Positions 1 to 9,542 are shown, counted from the stretch's first letter. The stretch is 64,000 nucleotides of DNA from Streptosporangiaceae bacterium (GCA_036502625.1 DASXYG010000032.1:1755-65754), one strand, 5' to 3'. Translations and numbers: made by a program. The notes: a model not told the origin generated them from the letters alone.

Positions 1-548
1 TCGCGGTCGGTGACGGCGGCGACGAGCCCGGCGTGCTGCCGGGCGTACTCCGCGACGTCCTCGGGCGCGTACGCCGCGGCGATGCGGTAGTTGAAGAAGT
101 AGAGCCGGTTGCCGCGGATCTGCGCGGCCAGGCGGTCGTTGCCCGCGGCGGCGACGATCAGGTCGTGGAACCGCTCGTTCTGCTCCACGTGGCCCTGCGT
201 GGACGGCTCGGGCTCGGGCTCGGTCTGCGCGTCGGCGACCGCGGTGATCGCGGCGTCGCTCCCGCGCTGGCAGGCGAGGCGCGCGGCGTAGCCCTCCAGG
301 GCGGCGCGCACCTCGTAGATCTGCCGGATCTCCTCGCGGGAGTGCTCGTAGACGTGCCACCGCCTGCGGTGGGAGACGATCAGGCCGTCGGCGGCGAGCC
401 GGTGCAGGGTCTCGCGCACGGGCGTGCGCGAGACGTTGAGCCGCTCGGCGAGCTCGGTCTCCACCAGTGATTCGTTCGGGCGCAGCACGCCGCGGATGAT
501 GTCCCGCCGAAGCCGCCGGTACACGTCGTCAGCGATCTTCTCGTTCAC
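1..548 (-). CDS. GntR-family transcriptional regulator, C-terminal end cut by the window edge
   Basis: Minus-strand translation from GTG at 548 reads VNEKIADDVYRRLRRDIIRGVLRPNESLVETELAERLNVSRTPVRETLHRLAADGLIVS..., a GntR winged-HTH signature. It is absent from the ORF track because no stop codon lies inside the window. Confidence 0.75.
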   Translation of the reverse strand, partial: MNEKIADDVYRRLRRDIIRGVLRPNESLVETELAERLNVSRTPVRETLHRLAADGLIVSHRRRWHVYEHSREEIRQIYEVRAALEGYAARLACQRGSDAAITAVADAQTEPEPEPSTQGHVEQNERFHDLIVAAAGNDRLAAQIRGNRLYFFNYRIAAAYAPEDVAEYARQHAGLVAAVTDR

Positions 549-627
549 CCGCGCCCCCCGCACAGTTCTCGCATACAGTTTCGTATACAAAGGCGTATCC
601 ACAGCGTGACCGAGCCGCACGCGCCTG

Positions 628-1845
628 TCAAGTCGTCGGCGGATTTCCGGGATCGCGCGCGGCCGCGCGCAGCGCCAGCGCGACCACCGCGGCGTCGCGG
701 GGGATCCGTACGTCCCGGCCGGTGATCTCGCGGAAGCGGTTCAGCCGGAACTGCACGGTGTTGCGGTGGACGTACATCGCCGACGCCGTGTCCGCGACCG
801 ATCCCGTACCCGCGAGGTGGACGCGCACGGTCTCGGCCAGCCGGCCGGCCTCGGAGCCGGGCAGCTCGCGCAGCGGGGCCCACACCCGCGCCACCAGCTC
901 GTCGGCGATCTCGGGCGCCTGCGACGCGAACACGTCGAGCCACAGGTCGTCCAGGGCGAGCGGGCCCGCGGTGCCGGGCGGCAGGGCGCGGGCGGCCGCG
1001 GCGGCGAGCCGGGCCGCGTACGGCACGCGGGCCAGGCCGTGCGCGGCCGGGGACAGCGCGCACGGCACGTGGTTCAGCCAGTCGGCGGCGGTCGCCCCGG
1101 GGTCGGCCGCAGCGGCCGGGACCTGGACGACGAGCAGGTCGCCGTCGGGGGTCTCCTGGCGGTGGCAGCGCACACCGGCGGCGGCCATGCGGTCGGCCGT
1201 ACGCCGCAGCCGCGGGTCGGTGCCGGGCGCCATGGCGCACACGAACCGCGCGTCGGCGTCGAAGTCCAGCACCCGGGCGACGCTGCGGACGACGTCGCGG
1301 TTGCGGCCGTCGCCGTCGGCCAGCCGGGTGAACCAGGCGCGCCGCTCGTCCTCGCGCGCCCGCCCCATCTCAAGGACGGTGCGCTGGTAGCCGGTCATCA
1401 GCCCGGTGACGTGCCCCTCGACCGCCTCCCACACGAGGTACGCGGCGGCGACGAGCTCCGGCCGCTCGGCGGGGTCGGCGCGGGCCACGAGCGCCTGCCA
1501 GACCACCCGGAAGTCCAGCCGCCCGGCGTCGAGCAGCGCGGACAGCGGCACGCCCTGCCGCGCCCGGTTCTCCCCGGTGCGCTCGGAGATCTCGGCCACC
1601 TCGGGCGGCACGGGCAGGCCGCCGATGTGCCGCAGGATCCGCTCGAAGGACGCGGCGGCCGTGGTGCGCAGGTCGCGGCGGTCCACGAGGTCCTCGTCGT
1701 ACGTGTGCACCTCGGCGACCTCGGCCATCCAGGCGGTGACGAGGTCGTCGAGGGAGTCGAGGCAGCGCAGCGCCAGCCGGGTCAGCACGGTGTCGGGGGA
1801 CGGGTCGGCGCCGCCCGCTCCGGTCGCCTGATTGGTCACCTGCAC
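628..1845 (-). CDS. PucR-family transcriptional regulator
   Basis: 405-aa ORF. The C-terminal HTH LAETVRVHLAGTGSVADTASAMYVHRNTVQFRLNRFREITG is typical of the PucR C-terminal domain. Divergent from the urease genes. Confidence 0.85.
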   Translation of the reverse strand: MQVTNQATGAGGADPSPDTVLTRLALRCLDSLDDLVTAWMAEVAEVHTYDEDLVDRRDLRTTAAASFERILRHIGGLPVPPEVAEISERTGENRARQGVPLSALLDAGRLDFRVVWQALVARADPAERPELVAAAYLVWEAVEGHVTGLMTGYQRTVLEMGRAREDERRAWFTRLADGDGRNRDVVRSVARVLDFDADARFVCAMAPGTDPRLRRTADRMAAAGVRCHRQETPDGDLLVVQVPAAAADPGATAADWLNHVPCALSPAAHGLARVPYAARLAAAAARALPPGTAGPLALDDLWLDVFASQAPEIADELVARVWAPLRELPGSEAGRLAETVRVHLAGTGSVADTASAMYVHRNTVQFRLNRFREITGRDVRIPRDAAVVALALRAAARDPGNPPTT

Positions 1846-1952
1846 AATCTACCGGCGGGATCTCGCGACATTTCGACGTTGGCACGCCGATTGACCAGGG
1901 GAGATTCTGAGGGCATCCGAAATCTCGGTGTCCTGCCAGGAGGTGCGTGAGT

Positions 1953-2552
1953 GTGCATCTGACTCCTCGCGAACAGGAGCGGCTGACGATCTTCACGGTC
2001 GCCGAGCTCGCCCGGCGCCGCCGCGCGCGCGGCCGCCGCCTGAACGCGCCCGAGGCCATCGCGCTGATCTGCGACGAGGTCATCGAGGTCGCGTGGGACG
2101 GCGCGACGCTCGACGAGGTGATCGCCGCCGGGCGCGCGGTGCTCGGCCCCGACGACGTCATGGACGGCGTGCCCGCGCTCGTCCCGCACATCCAGGTCGA
2201 GGCGCTGTTCCCGAACGGTACCGCGCTCGTGGCCATCGACACCCCGATCCCGGCACCGGACGGCGCGGACGTGCCGGGCGCCGTGCGCACGCTCGCCGCG
2301 CCCGTCGAGATCAACGCCGGCCGCGCGCACCGCGAGCTGACCGTGCGCAACACCGGCGACAAGACCGTCTACGTGTCCTCGCACTTCCCGCTCGCCGAGG
2401 TCAACGAGGCGCTGGACCTGGACCGCGCGGCCGCGCTCGGCATGCGCCTCGACATCCCGGCCGGCACCGCGCTGGCGTTCCACCCGGGCGAGGAGCGCGG
2501 CGTACGGCTCGTCTCGGCCGCACCGCTGTCGGAGCAGGAGGCCACCCGATGA
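1953..2552 (+). CDS. ureAB: Urease gamma/beta fusion subunit
   Basis: HLTPREQERLTIFTVAELARRR...APEAIALICDEV is the gamma-subunit N-terminus. It is followed by a beta-like segment (VEINAGR...TVRNTGDKTVYVSSHFPLAEVN). The longest ORF starts at 1947, but GGAGG at 1939-1943 favours GTG at 1953 (MHLTPRE). Confidence 0.9.
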   Translation: MHLTPREQERLTIFTVAELARRRRARGRRLNAPEAIALICDEVIEVAWDGATLDEVIAAGRAVLGPDDVMDGVPALVPHIQVEALFPNGTALVAIDTPIPAPDGADVPGAVRTLAAPVEINAGRAHRELTVRNTGDKTVYVSSHFPLAEVNEALDLDRAAALGMRLDIPAGTALAFHPGEERGVRLVSAAPLSEQEATR

Positions 2553-4234
2553 GCACCGTCGACCGCGCGACGTACAGCGACCTGTACGGCCCGACCACCG
2601 GCGACCGCGTACGGCTCGGCGACACCTGCCTGTGGGTGGAGATCGAGGCCGACGACACGTCGTACGGCGACGAACTGCTCGGCGGCTGCGGCAAGACGCT
2701 GCGCGACGGCCTCATGGCCAACCCGCGCGCGGCCCGCGACTCCGCGCTGGACCTGGTGGTGGCGGGCGTGCTGCTGCTCGACCCGGTGCTGGGCGTGCGC
2801 AAGACCAACATCGGGGTCAAGGACGGCCGGATCGTCGGCACGGGCCGCGGCGGCAACCCCGACCTCGTGGACGTCGACTTCGTGATCGACTCGCACACCG
2901 CGATCGTCCCGGGCGACGGCCTGATCGCCACGCCCGGCATCGTCGACTCCCACGTGCACCTGTCGTCGCCGGAGATCGCCCCGGCCGCGCTGTCCGCCGG
3001 GGTCACCACGATGGTCGGCATGGGGCTCGGCGGCGTCTGGGACATCGGCGTGAACCCGGCGCACAACCTGCACACGCTGATGAGCGGCTGGCGCGGCATC
3101 CCGATGAACGTGGCGTTCCTGGCGCGCGGCTCGTCGTCGTCGCGGCCGCTCCTGGAGGACGTGGTGTCCGCGGGGGCGGGCGGCTTCAAGATCCACGAGG
3201 ACTTCGGCGCGACCCCGCGCATCATCGACAACTGCCTGGACGTCGCGGAGGTCGCGGACCTGCCGGTGGCGCTGCACACCGACTCGATGAACGAGTCCGG
3301 CTACCTGGCCGACACGGTGTCGGCGACCCGGGGCCGTACGGTGCACGCGTACCACGTCGAGGGCGGCGGCGGCCATCCCGACCTGCTGGAGATCCTGTCC
3401 CAGCCGAACATCCTGCCGTCGTCGACCACGCCGACGATCCCGTACACGACGAACACCGTCGGCGAGCTGTTCCCGATGACGATGACCGTCCACAAGCAGA
3501 ACCACCACGTGGAGTCCGACGTCGCGATCTCGCGCGGCCGCATCCGCGAGCACGCGATCGCCGCCGAGAACGTGCTGCACGACCTGGGCGCGATCAGCAT
3601 CATCAACTCCGACTCCATGGGCATGGGCCGCGTGGCGGAGACCGTACGGCGGACCTGGCAGCTCGCCCACGTGCAGGCGCTGCGCGCCGCGGAGGGCGGC
3701 GTCGAGCACCCGGCGAACGCGCGCGTGCTGCGCTACCTGGCGAAGCTCACGCTGAACCCGTCCCTGGCGCACGGCATCTCCCACGAGGTGGGCAGCGTCG
3801 CGCCCGGACGGCTGGCCGACATCGTGCTGTGGCACCCGGCCTGGTTCGGCACCAAGCCGGAGATGGTCATCAAGGGCGGGTTCGTGGCCTGGGGCAACAC
3901 CGGCAGCGGGTCCGGTTCGACCCGGCTGGGGCAGCCCCGGTCGTACAAGCCGTACTTCGGCGGCCTCGGCGACGCGCCGTCGCAGCTCTCCCGCATCTTC
4001 GTGGCGCAGGCCGCGCTGGACTCCGCCGACGCGCGCGACGCGCTCCCGTCCGGCCTGCGCTACGCGGCCGTCCGCGACTCACGCGGCCTGACCCGCGCGG
4101 ACATGCGCCGCAACACCGCGACGCCGGACGTACGGGTCACCGGGGAACCCGAGCCCGTGTACGTGGACGGCGTCCAGGTGGGCGTCGATCCCGCGACCGA
4201 GCTGCCGCTGGCCCGCCTGCACCATCTCGCCTGA
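2549..4234 (+). CDS. ureC: Urease alpha subunit
   Basis: ATG at 2549 overlaps the ureAB stop (ATGA). Motifs present: VDSHVHL, GFKIHEDFG (carbamylated Lys position), HTDSMNE, HAYHVEGGGGHPD, NSDSMGMGR. The track ORF 1928-4234 only extends this frame upstream. Confidence 0.95.
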   Translation: MSTVDRATYSDLYGPTTGDRVRLGDTCLWVEIEADDTSYGDELLGGCGKTLRDGLMANPRAARDSALDLVVAGVLLLDPVLGVRKTNIGVKDGRIVGTGRGGNPDLVDVDFVIDSHTAIVPGDGLIATPGIVDSHVHLSSPEIAPAALSAGVTTMVGMGLGGVWDIGVNPAHNLHTLMSGWRGIPMNVAFLARGSSSSRPLLEDVVSAGAGGFKIHEDFGATPRIIDNCLDVAEVADLPVALHTDSMNESGYLADTVSATRGRTVHAYHVEGGGGHPDLLEILSQPNILPSSTTPTIPYTTNTVGELFPMTMTVHKQNHHVESDVAISRGRIREHAIAAENVLHDLGAISIINSDSMGMGRVAETVRRTWQLAHVQALRAAEGGVEHPANARVLRYLAKLTLNPSLAHGISHEVGSVAPGRLADIVLWHPAWFGTKPEMVIKGGFVAWGNTGSGSGSTRLGQPRSYKPYFGGLGDAPSQLSRIFVAQAALDSADARDALPSGLRYAAVRDSRGLTRADMRRNTATPDVRVTGEPEPVYVDGVQVGVDPATELPLARLHHLA

Positions 4235-4248
4235 GGAGCGACCCCCGC

Positions 4249-5904
4249 ATGCGCATCGACGCGATCTTCACCAACGCCCGCTTCACCACGCTGGACGCCG
4301 CGCGGCCCGCCGCGGCGCGGCTCGGCGTGCTGAACGGGCGGATCGCCGGGTTCGACGAGGAGCTCGACGGCGTCACCGCCGACCACGTGTACGACCTCGG
4401 CGGCGCCCCGGTCGTCCCGGGGTTCAACGACGCGCACCACCACATGTCCATGCGCGGACAGCGGCTCGCCGAGGTCGACCTGGGGGAGCGGGCGGTCCGT
4501 ACGCTCGACGAGCTGTACGCCGCGGTCGCCGAGCGCGCGGCCACGCTGCCGGAGGGCGCGTGGGTGCGCGGCGCCGGTTACGACCAGAACAAGCTCGGCG
4601 GCGGCCACCCGACGCGGGAGGCGCTGGACCGCGCCGCCGGGGGCCGTCCCGTCTGGCTGGCGCACACGTCCGCGCACATGGGCGTGGTGAACACCGCGGC
4701 GTTCCGCGCGATGGGCTTCGCCGACCCGGCGTCCGTGCCGGACGTCGACGGCGGCACGGTCGGCCGCGGCGCCGACGGCCTCCCGGACGGGCTGCTCGCG
4801 GAACAGGCGCAGGGCCTCGTGTTCGACGTGCTGCGCCCGGCCGCGTACGAGGACTACGTCGCGGGCATCGGCCGGGCCAGCGCGGTGGCCGCGTCCGAGG
4901 GCCTGACCAGCTTCACCGAGCCCGGCGTCGGGCTGGGCCGGGTCGCCGGCAACGGCGCCGCCGACGTGGCCGCGTTCCAGGACGCCGTGGCCCGCGGGCT
5001 GCTGCGCCAGCGCGCCACGCTCATGCCGGTCTCCGGCGCGCTGCACGCGGGCGGAAAGTACGCGCCGGGCGCGGACTGGTTCGGCCTCGACCTGGGCGTG
5101 CGTACGGGCATCGGCGACGAATGGCTGCGCCTCGGCCCGGTGAAGGTGTTCTCCGACGGCTCGCTGATCGGCCGTACGGCGGCCATGTGCTGCGACTACG
5201 TCGGCGAGGCGGGCAACACCGGCTTCTTCCAGGAGCCCGAGCCCGAACTGCGCGAGCTCATCGTCCGCGCCCACCTGCACGGCTGGCAGGTGGCCACGCA
5301 CGCGATCGGCGACCGCGCCGTCGGGTTCGTCCTCGACGCGTACGCCGAGGCGCAGCGGCGGCTTCCGCGTACGGACGTCCGGCACCGCATCGAGCACTGC
5401 GGCGTGGCAAGCGGCGAGCAGGTCGCGCGGATCGCCGGGCTGGGCGTCGTCCCGGTGCCGCAGGGCCGGTTCGTCGGGGAGATCGGCGACGGCATGCTGG
5501 CCGCGCTCGGCGCCGAGCGGGCGCGCGGGGCGTACCGGCAGCGGTCGTTCCTCGACGCCGGGATCACCGTGCCCGGAAGTTCCGACTGCCCGGTCGTGGA
5601 CGGCGCGCCGCTGCTCGGCATCCACGACATGGTCAACCAGCGCACCGACAGCGGCGCGCCCTTCAACCCGGCGGAGGCGGTGACCGCGGAGCAGGCGCTG
5701 CGCGCGTTCACGCACGGCTCCGCCTATGCGGCTCACGAGGAGGCCCGCAAGGGCACCCTGAGCCGCGGCAAGCTCGCGGACTTCGTCGTGCTCTCCGACG
5801 ACCTGCAGGCCGTACGTGCTGAGTCAATTCGCGAGATCCAGGTCGGCGCCACCGTCGTCGCCGGCTCGCTCGTGTACGACGCGGCGAACCTCGCCGCGGT
5901 GTGA
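4249..5904 (+). CDS. Amidohydrolase-3 (YtcJ-like) metal-dependent hydrolase
   Basis: MRIDAIFTNARFTTLD...VVPGFNDAHHHMSMRG, ATHAIGDRAV, HRIEHCG and GSSDCPVVDGAPLLG match the amidohydrolase_3 pattern. In frame with track ORF 2632-5904. Confidence 0.85.
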   Translation: MRIDAIFTNARFTTLDAARPAAARLGVLNGRIAGFDEELDGVTADHVYDLGGAPVVPGFNDAHHHMSMRGQRLAEVDLGERAVRTLDELYAAVAERAATLPEGAWVRGAGYDQNKLGGGHPTREALDRAAGGRPVWLAHTSAHMGVVNTAAFRAMGFADPASVPDVDGGTVGRGADGLPDGLLAEQAQGLVFDVLRPAAYEDYVAGIGRASAVAASEGLTSFTEPGVGLGRVAGNGAADVAAFQDAVARGLLRQRATLMPVSGALHAGGKYAPGADWFGLDLGVRTGIGDEWLRLGPVKVFSDGSLIGRTAAMCCDYVGEAGNTGFFQEPEPELRELIVRAHLHGWQVATHAIGDRAVGFVLDAYAEAQRRLPRTDVRHRIEHCGVASGEQVARIAGLGVVPVPQGRFVGEIGDGMLAALGAERARGAYRQRSFLDAGITVPGSSDCPVVDGAPLLGIHDMVNQRTDSGAPFNPAEAVTAEQALRAFTHGSAYAAHEEARKGTLSRGKLADFVVLSDDLQAVRAESIREIQVGATVVAGSLVYDAANLAAV

Positions 5905-7250
5905 AAGGTCCCCTGAGAATGACCGAATCGATGAACCCGCCGGTCCCCCTGAAGGAGGCGCGCCGGATCGTCGGCGCCTCCTACATCGGCACGGCGCTGG
6001 AGTGGTACGACTACTTCCTCTACGGAACGGCCGCCGCCCTCGTCTTCGACAAGCTGTTCTTCCCCAGCCTCAGCCCCACCGCGGGCACGCTGGCCTCGTT
6101 CGCCACCTTCGCGGTCGGCTTCATCGCCCGGCCCATCGGCGCGGTCATCTTCGGCCACTTCGGCGACCGCATCGGCCGCAAGAAGACGCTGATCGCCACC
6201 GTGCTCATGATGGGCCTGGCCACCGGCCTGATCGGCCTGCTGCCCAGCTTCTCCGCCATCGGCGTCGGCGCCCCGATCCTGCTGGTCGTGCTGCGGTTCC
6301 TGCAGGGCATCTCGGTGGGCGGCGAGTGGGGCGGCGCGATGCTGCTCACGCTGGAGTCCACGCCCAAGGAGAAGCGCGGCTTCTACGCGTCCATCCCGCA
6401 GCTCGGCTCCCCGACCGGGACGCTGCTGTCCAGCGGTGTGTTCGCGCTGGTCAGCCTGTTGCCGGATCCGGCGTTCATGGCGTGGGGCTGGCGGGTGCCG
6501 TTCCTGGCCGCGTTCGTGCTGCTGGCCGTGGCGCTGTACCTGCGGCTGCGGGTCGAGGAGTCGCCGGCCTTCCAGCGGCTGGCCTCCGCGCAGGACGCGA
6601 AGGAGAGGCGCGAGTCGGTGCCGGTGCTGGCCGCCCTGCGGCACACCTGGGGCCGGATGATCGTCGGCGTGTGCGCGGCGTTCCTCGGCGTCGGCGGGTT
6701 CTTCCTGCTCACCACCTTCATCATCAGCTACGGCACGAAGACCCTCGGCCTGCCGAAGAGCACCATGCTGAACGCCACGCTGGTGGCCGCGGTCGTGGAG
6801 ATCGTCGTGCTGTTCACCGCGGGCAAGGCGGCCGACCGGTTCGGCGCCTGGCGGGTCTGCGCGTTCGGCGCCGCGGCCACGGTCGTGCTGGCGTTCCCGG
6901 TGTTCCTGCTGGTCGACACCAAGCAGACCGCGCTGGTCTTCCTGGGCATCGCGCTGGGCACCGGCGCCATGTCGATCCCGTACGCGCCCATCGGCGCGCT
7001 GGTCACCCAGATGTTCCCGGTGCAGTACCGGTACAGCGCCGTGGCCCTGTCGTACAACATCGCCGGCGTGTTCAGCGGCTTCGTGCCGCTGGCCGCCGAG
7101 TCGCTGACCGGCGCGGCCGGCGGCGCCTCCTGGGGCGCGGCGCTGCTCCTGGTGATCATCGCGGCCGTCACCCTGGCCGGGTCGCTGGCCTCCCACGCCG
7201 CCCGCGTCCGGCGCGCGGTGCCGGCCGACGTCGCGCAGGCCGTGGCATGA
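5901..7250 (+). CDS. MFS transporter, metabolite:H+ symporter (MHS) family
   Basis: GTALEWYDYFLYGTAAALVFDKLFFP and GHFGDRIGRKKTL are MHS signatures, with about 12 predicted TM segments. GTG at 5901 overlaps the upstream stop. ATG at 5919 is an alternative start. Confidence 0.85.
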   Translation: MKGPLRMTESMNPPVPLKEARRIVGASYIGTALEWYDYFLYGTAAALVFDKLFFPSLSPTAGTLASFATFAVGFIARPIGAVIFGHFGDRIGRKKTLIATVLMMGLATGLIGLLPSFSAIGVGAPILLVVLRFLQGISVGGEWGGAMLLTLESTPKEKRGFYASIPQLGSPTGTLLSSGVFALVSLLPDPAFMAWGWRVPFLAAFVLLAVALYLRLRVEESPAFQRLASAQDAKERRESVPVLAALRHTWGRMIVGVCAAFLGVGGFFLLTTFIISYGTKTLGLPKSTMLNATLVAAVVEIVVLFTAGKAADRFGAWRVCAFGAAATVVLAFPVFLLVDTKQTALVFLGIALGTGAMSIPYAPIGALVTQMFPVQYRYSAVALSYNIAGVFSGFVPLAAESLTGAAGGASWGAALLLVIIAAVTLAGSLASHAARVRRAVPADVAQAVA

Positions 7251-7292
7251 GCGGGGTGGCCCGTACGGGCGGCCGGATCCTGATCGACCAGC
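7247..7292 (+). repeat. Short duplicate of the 5' end of the downstream ThDP-enzyme gene (remnant start region)
   Basis: An ATG overlapping the transporter stop (ATGA) opens MSGVARTGGRILIDQ. Positions 7258-7292 match 7451-7485 (SVRTGGRILIDQ), with about 4 mismatches in 35 nt by eye. The frame then degenerates. Confidence 0.5.
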
Positions 7293-7436
7293 ACTGTGCT
7301 CGCCCGGGGGGCCGAGCCTCCCCGGAACCCCCGGCGCGCGGTGTACCTCCCCGGGTCTGCCCGTATGTGCTCGGAGGTGCCCACTGACATCGCCCGTTAT
7401 CGTTCGGCCGCATCATTTCCACGGTGAGGGACGCCC

Positions 7437-9164
7437 ATGAGACACGCTTCGGTCCGCACAGGCGGGCGGATCCTGATCGACCAGCTCACCCGGCATGCCG
7501 TGCGCCAGGTGTTCTGCGTGCCGGGGGAGAGCTACCTCGGGGCGCTCGACGCGCTGTACGACTCGGCCATCGAGACGGTGGTGTGCCGCCAGGAGGGCGG
7601 GGCCGCGTACATGGCCGAGGCGTACGGCAAGCTGACCGGCCGTCCGGGGGTGTGCTTCACCACCCGGGCGCCCGGCGCCGCGAACGCGCTGGTCGGGTTG
7701 CAGACCGCGGCCGAGGACGCCACGCCGGTGGTGCTGTTCGTGGGGCTGGTGCCGCGCGGCCACCGGGACCGCGCGGCGTTCCAGGAGTTCGACCTGCGCG
7801 GGGTGTTCGGCACGGTCGCGAAGCTCGTCGAGACGATCGACGACGCCGCGCGCGTGCCGGAGTACGTCGCGCGTGCGTTCGCCGCCGCGTGCTCGGGACG
7901 GCCCGGTCCGGTCGTGCTGGGGCTGCCGGAGGACATGCTGGCCGACGTGGCCGTGACGGCCGACGTGGACCCGCTGCCGGTCGCCGAGGGCGCGGTGTCC
8001 GCCGAGGAGCGCGACCGGCTGGCCCGGCTGCTGTCCGCGGCGCGCCGCCCGCTCGTGGTGGCCGCGGGCTCGCGGTGGACGCCCGCGGCGCGCGACGACC
8101 TCAGGGAGTGGGCGCAGCGGTGGTCGCTGCCGGTCGCCGTCGACTTCCGCTGCCAGGACCTCGTCGACAACGACGCGCCCGTGTACGTCGGCCCCCTCGG
8201 CTACGGCCGCGACGACCGGCTCGCCGCCAGGCTCGCGGGGGCCGACCTGGTCATCGCGGTCGGCGCGGCACTCGGCGACGTCGCCACGGACGGCTACACG
8301 CTGCTCGGCGGAGGGGCCGCGGGTGACGACGCGCTGCCCGGCGATCAGGCCGCGGGTGGCGACAGGCCGCCCGGCGACGGGGCGCCGCGGGTCGTGCAGG
8401 TGCTTCCGTACGCCGATGTGGCCGGGCAGGCGTACGCGCCGCTGATGTCGGTGCTCGCCTCGCCGTCCGCGTTCGGCGCGGCAGTGCGCGACCTGGCGCC
8501 GGACGCCCCGGTGCCGTGGCACGCCGACACCGAGAAGGCGCGCGCCGAGCACCTGGCGTACGCCGAACCGGTCCTCGACGGCGACGAGCTCGACCTCGGC
8601 GCCGTGTTCACCACGCTGCGCGACCGCCTCGACCGCGACCGCGACGAGCACGACCCGATCATCACGTTCGGCGCCGGGAACCACGCGATCTGGGCGCAGC
8701 GGTTCCTGCGCTACCGCAGGTTCCCCGCGCAACTTGGGCCGCGCAACGGGTCGATGGGCTACGGCGTGCCCGCCGCGGTCGCCGCCGCGCTGACCTTCGG
8801 CAACCGCCGCGTGGTCTCGGTCGCCGGCGACGGCTGCTTCCTGATGAACGGCCAGGAGCTCGCCACCGCCATGGCGTACGGCGCGGCACCGCTGATCCTG
8901 GTGGTCAGCAACGGCCAGTACGGCACGATCCGCCAGCACCAGGAACGCGAACACCCGGGCCGCGTCTCGGGCACGGCCCTGCTCAACCCGGACTTCGCCG
9001 CGTACGCCCGCGCGTTCGGCGCGTACGGCGAGGTCGTCGCCCGTACGGAGGAGTTCCCCGGCGCCCTGGACCGCGCCCTGTCCTCCGGTACGGCAGCGGT
9101 CATCGACCTCCGAGTCTCCCCCGACCGCCTAGGCCCCGGCCTCACGGTCACGGACCTGCACTAA
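7437..9164 (+). CDS. Thiamine-diphosphate-binding enzyme (acetolactate synthase-like family)
   Basis: 575 aa. N-terminal ThDP pyrimidine-domain motifs FCVPGESYLGALDAL and RQEGGAAYMAEAYGKLTGRPGVCFTTRAPGAANA. C-terminal GSMGYGVPAAVAA...VAGDGCFLMNGQELAT is the ThDP-binding motif. Confidence 0.85.
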   Translation: MRHASVRTGGRILIDQLTRHAVRQVFCVPGESYLGALDALYDSAIETVVCRQEGGAAYMAEAYGKLTGRPGVCFTTRAPGAANALVGLQTAAEDATPVVLFVGLVPRGHRDRAAFQEFDLRGVFGTVAKLVETIDDAARVPEYVARAFAAACSGRPGPVVLGLPEDMLADVAVTADVDPLPVAEGAVSAEERDRLARLLSAARRPLVVAAGSRWTPAARDDLREWAQRWSLPVAVDFRCQDLVDNDAPVYVGPLGYGRDDRLAARLAGADLVIAVGAALGDVATDGYTLLGGGAAGDDALPGDQAAGGDRPPGDGAPRVVQVLPYADVAGQAYAPLMSVLASPSAFGAAVRDLAPDAPVPWHADTEKARAEHLAYAEPVLDGDELDLGAVFTTLRDRLDRDRDEHDPIITFGAGNHAIWAQRFLRYRRFPAQLGPRNGSMGYGVPAAVAAALTFGNRRVVSVAGDGCFLMNGQELATAMAYGAAPLILVVSNGQYGTIRQHQEREHPGRVSGTALLNPDFAAYARAFGAYGEVVARTEEFPGALDRALSSGTAAVIDLRVSPDRLGPGLTVTDLH

Positions 9165-9179
9165 CACCGCCCCGCGCCT

Positions 9180-9520
9180 CCTGCGTCACGTGTCTCCCCC
9201 GAGGGCCTCGCAGCCCCTCACTCCGTGCCTCGCGCCCGCGTCCCCTGCGTCACGTGCCTCCCCCGCGGGCCTCGCAGCCCGTCGCGTCTTGCGCCTCGCG
9301 CCCCTCGTTCCGCGCCTCGCGCCCGCGCCTCGCGCCTCCTGCGTCACGTGTCTCCCCCGAGGGCCTCGCAGCCCGTCATTTCTCGCCCTGCGCCCCGCCT
9401 CGCGCCTCGCGTCCCGCGTCCCGCGCCTCGCGCCTCGCGCCTCGCGCCCCTCGTTCCGCGCCCGGCGCCCGCGCCCCGCGCCTCCTGCGTCACGTATCTC
9501 CCCCGAGGGCCTCGCAGCCC
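9180..9520. repeat. Four direct copies of a 37-bp element, CCTGCGTCACGTGTCTCCCCCGAGGGCCTCGCAGCCC
   Basis: Copies lie at 9180-9216, 9244-9280, 9338-9374 and 9484-9520 with 1-3 substitutions. Spacing is irregular (64, 94 and 146 bp). The last two copies extend to about 80-bp duplicates (9331-9410 and 9477-9556). Confidence 0.85.
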
Positions 9521-9542
9521 GTCATTTCTCGCCCTGCGCCCC

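Noticed and set aside
1928-4234. A 768-aa extended UreC ORF
   Set aside because: The N-terminal 207 codons are an out-of-frame overlap with ureAB and are Arg-rich. The canonical UreC N-terminus (MSTVDRATYSDLYGPTTGDRVRLGD) starts at 2549 with an ATGA overlap.
9180-9520. A possible CRISPR array: four copies of a 37-bp partially palindromic repeat
   Set aside because: The spacing is irregular (64, 94 and 146 bp). The apparent spacers are themselves low-complexity heptamer repeats shared between units. No cas genes occur in the window, and the repeats sit inside a larger mirror-symmetric repeat zone.
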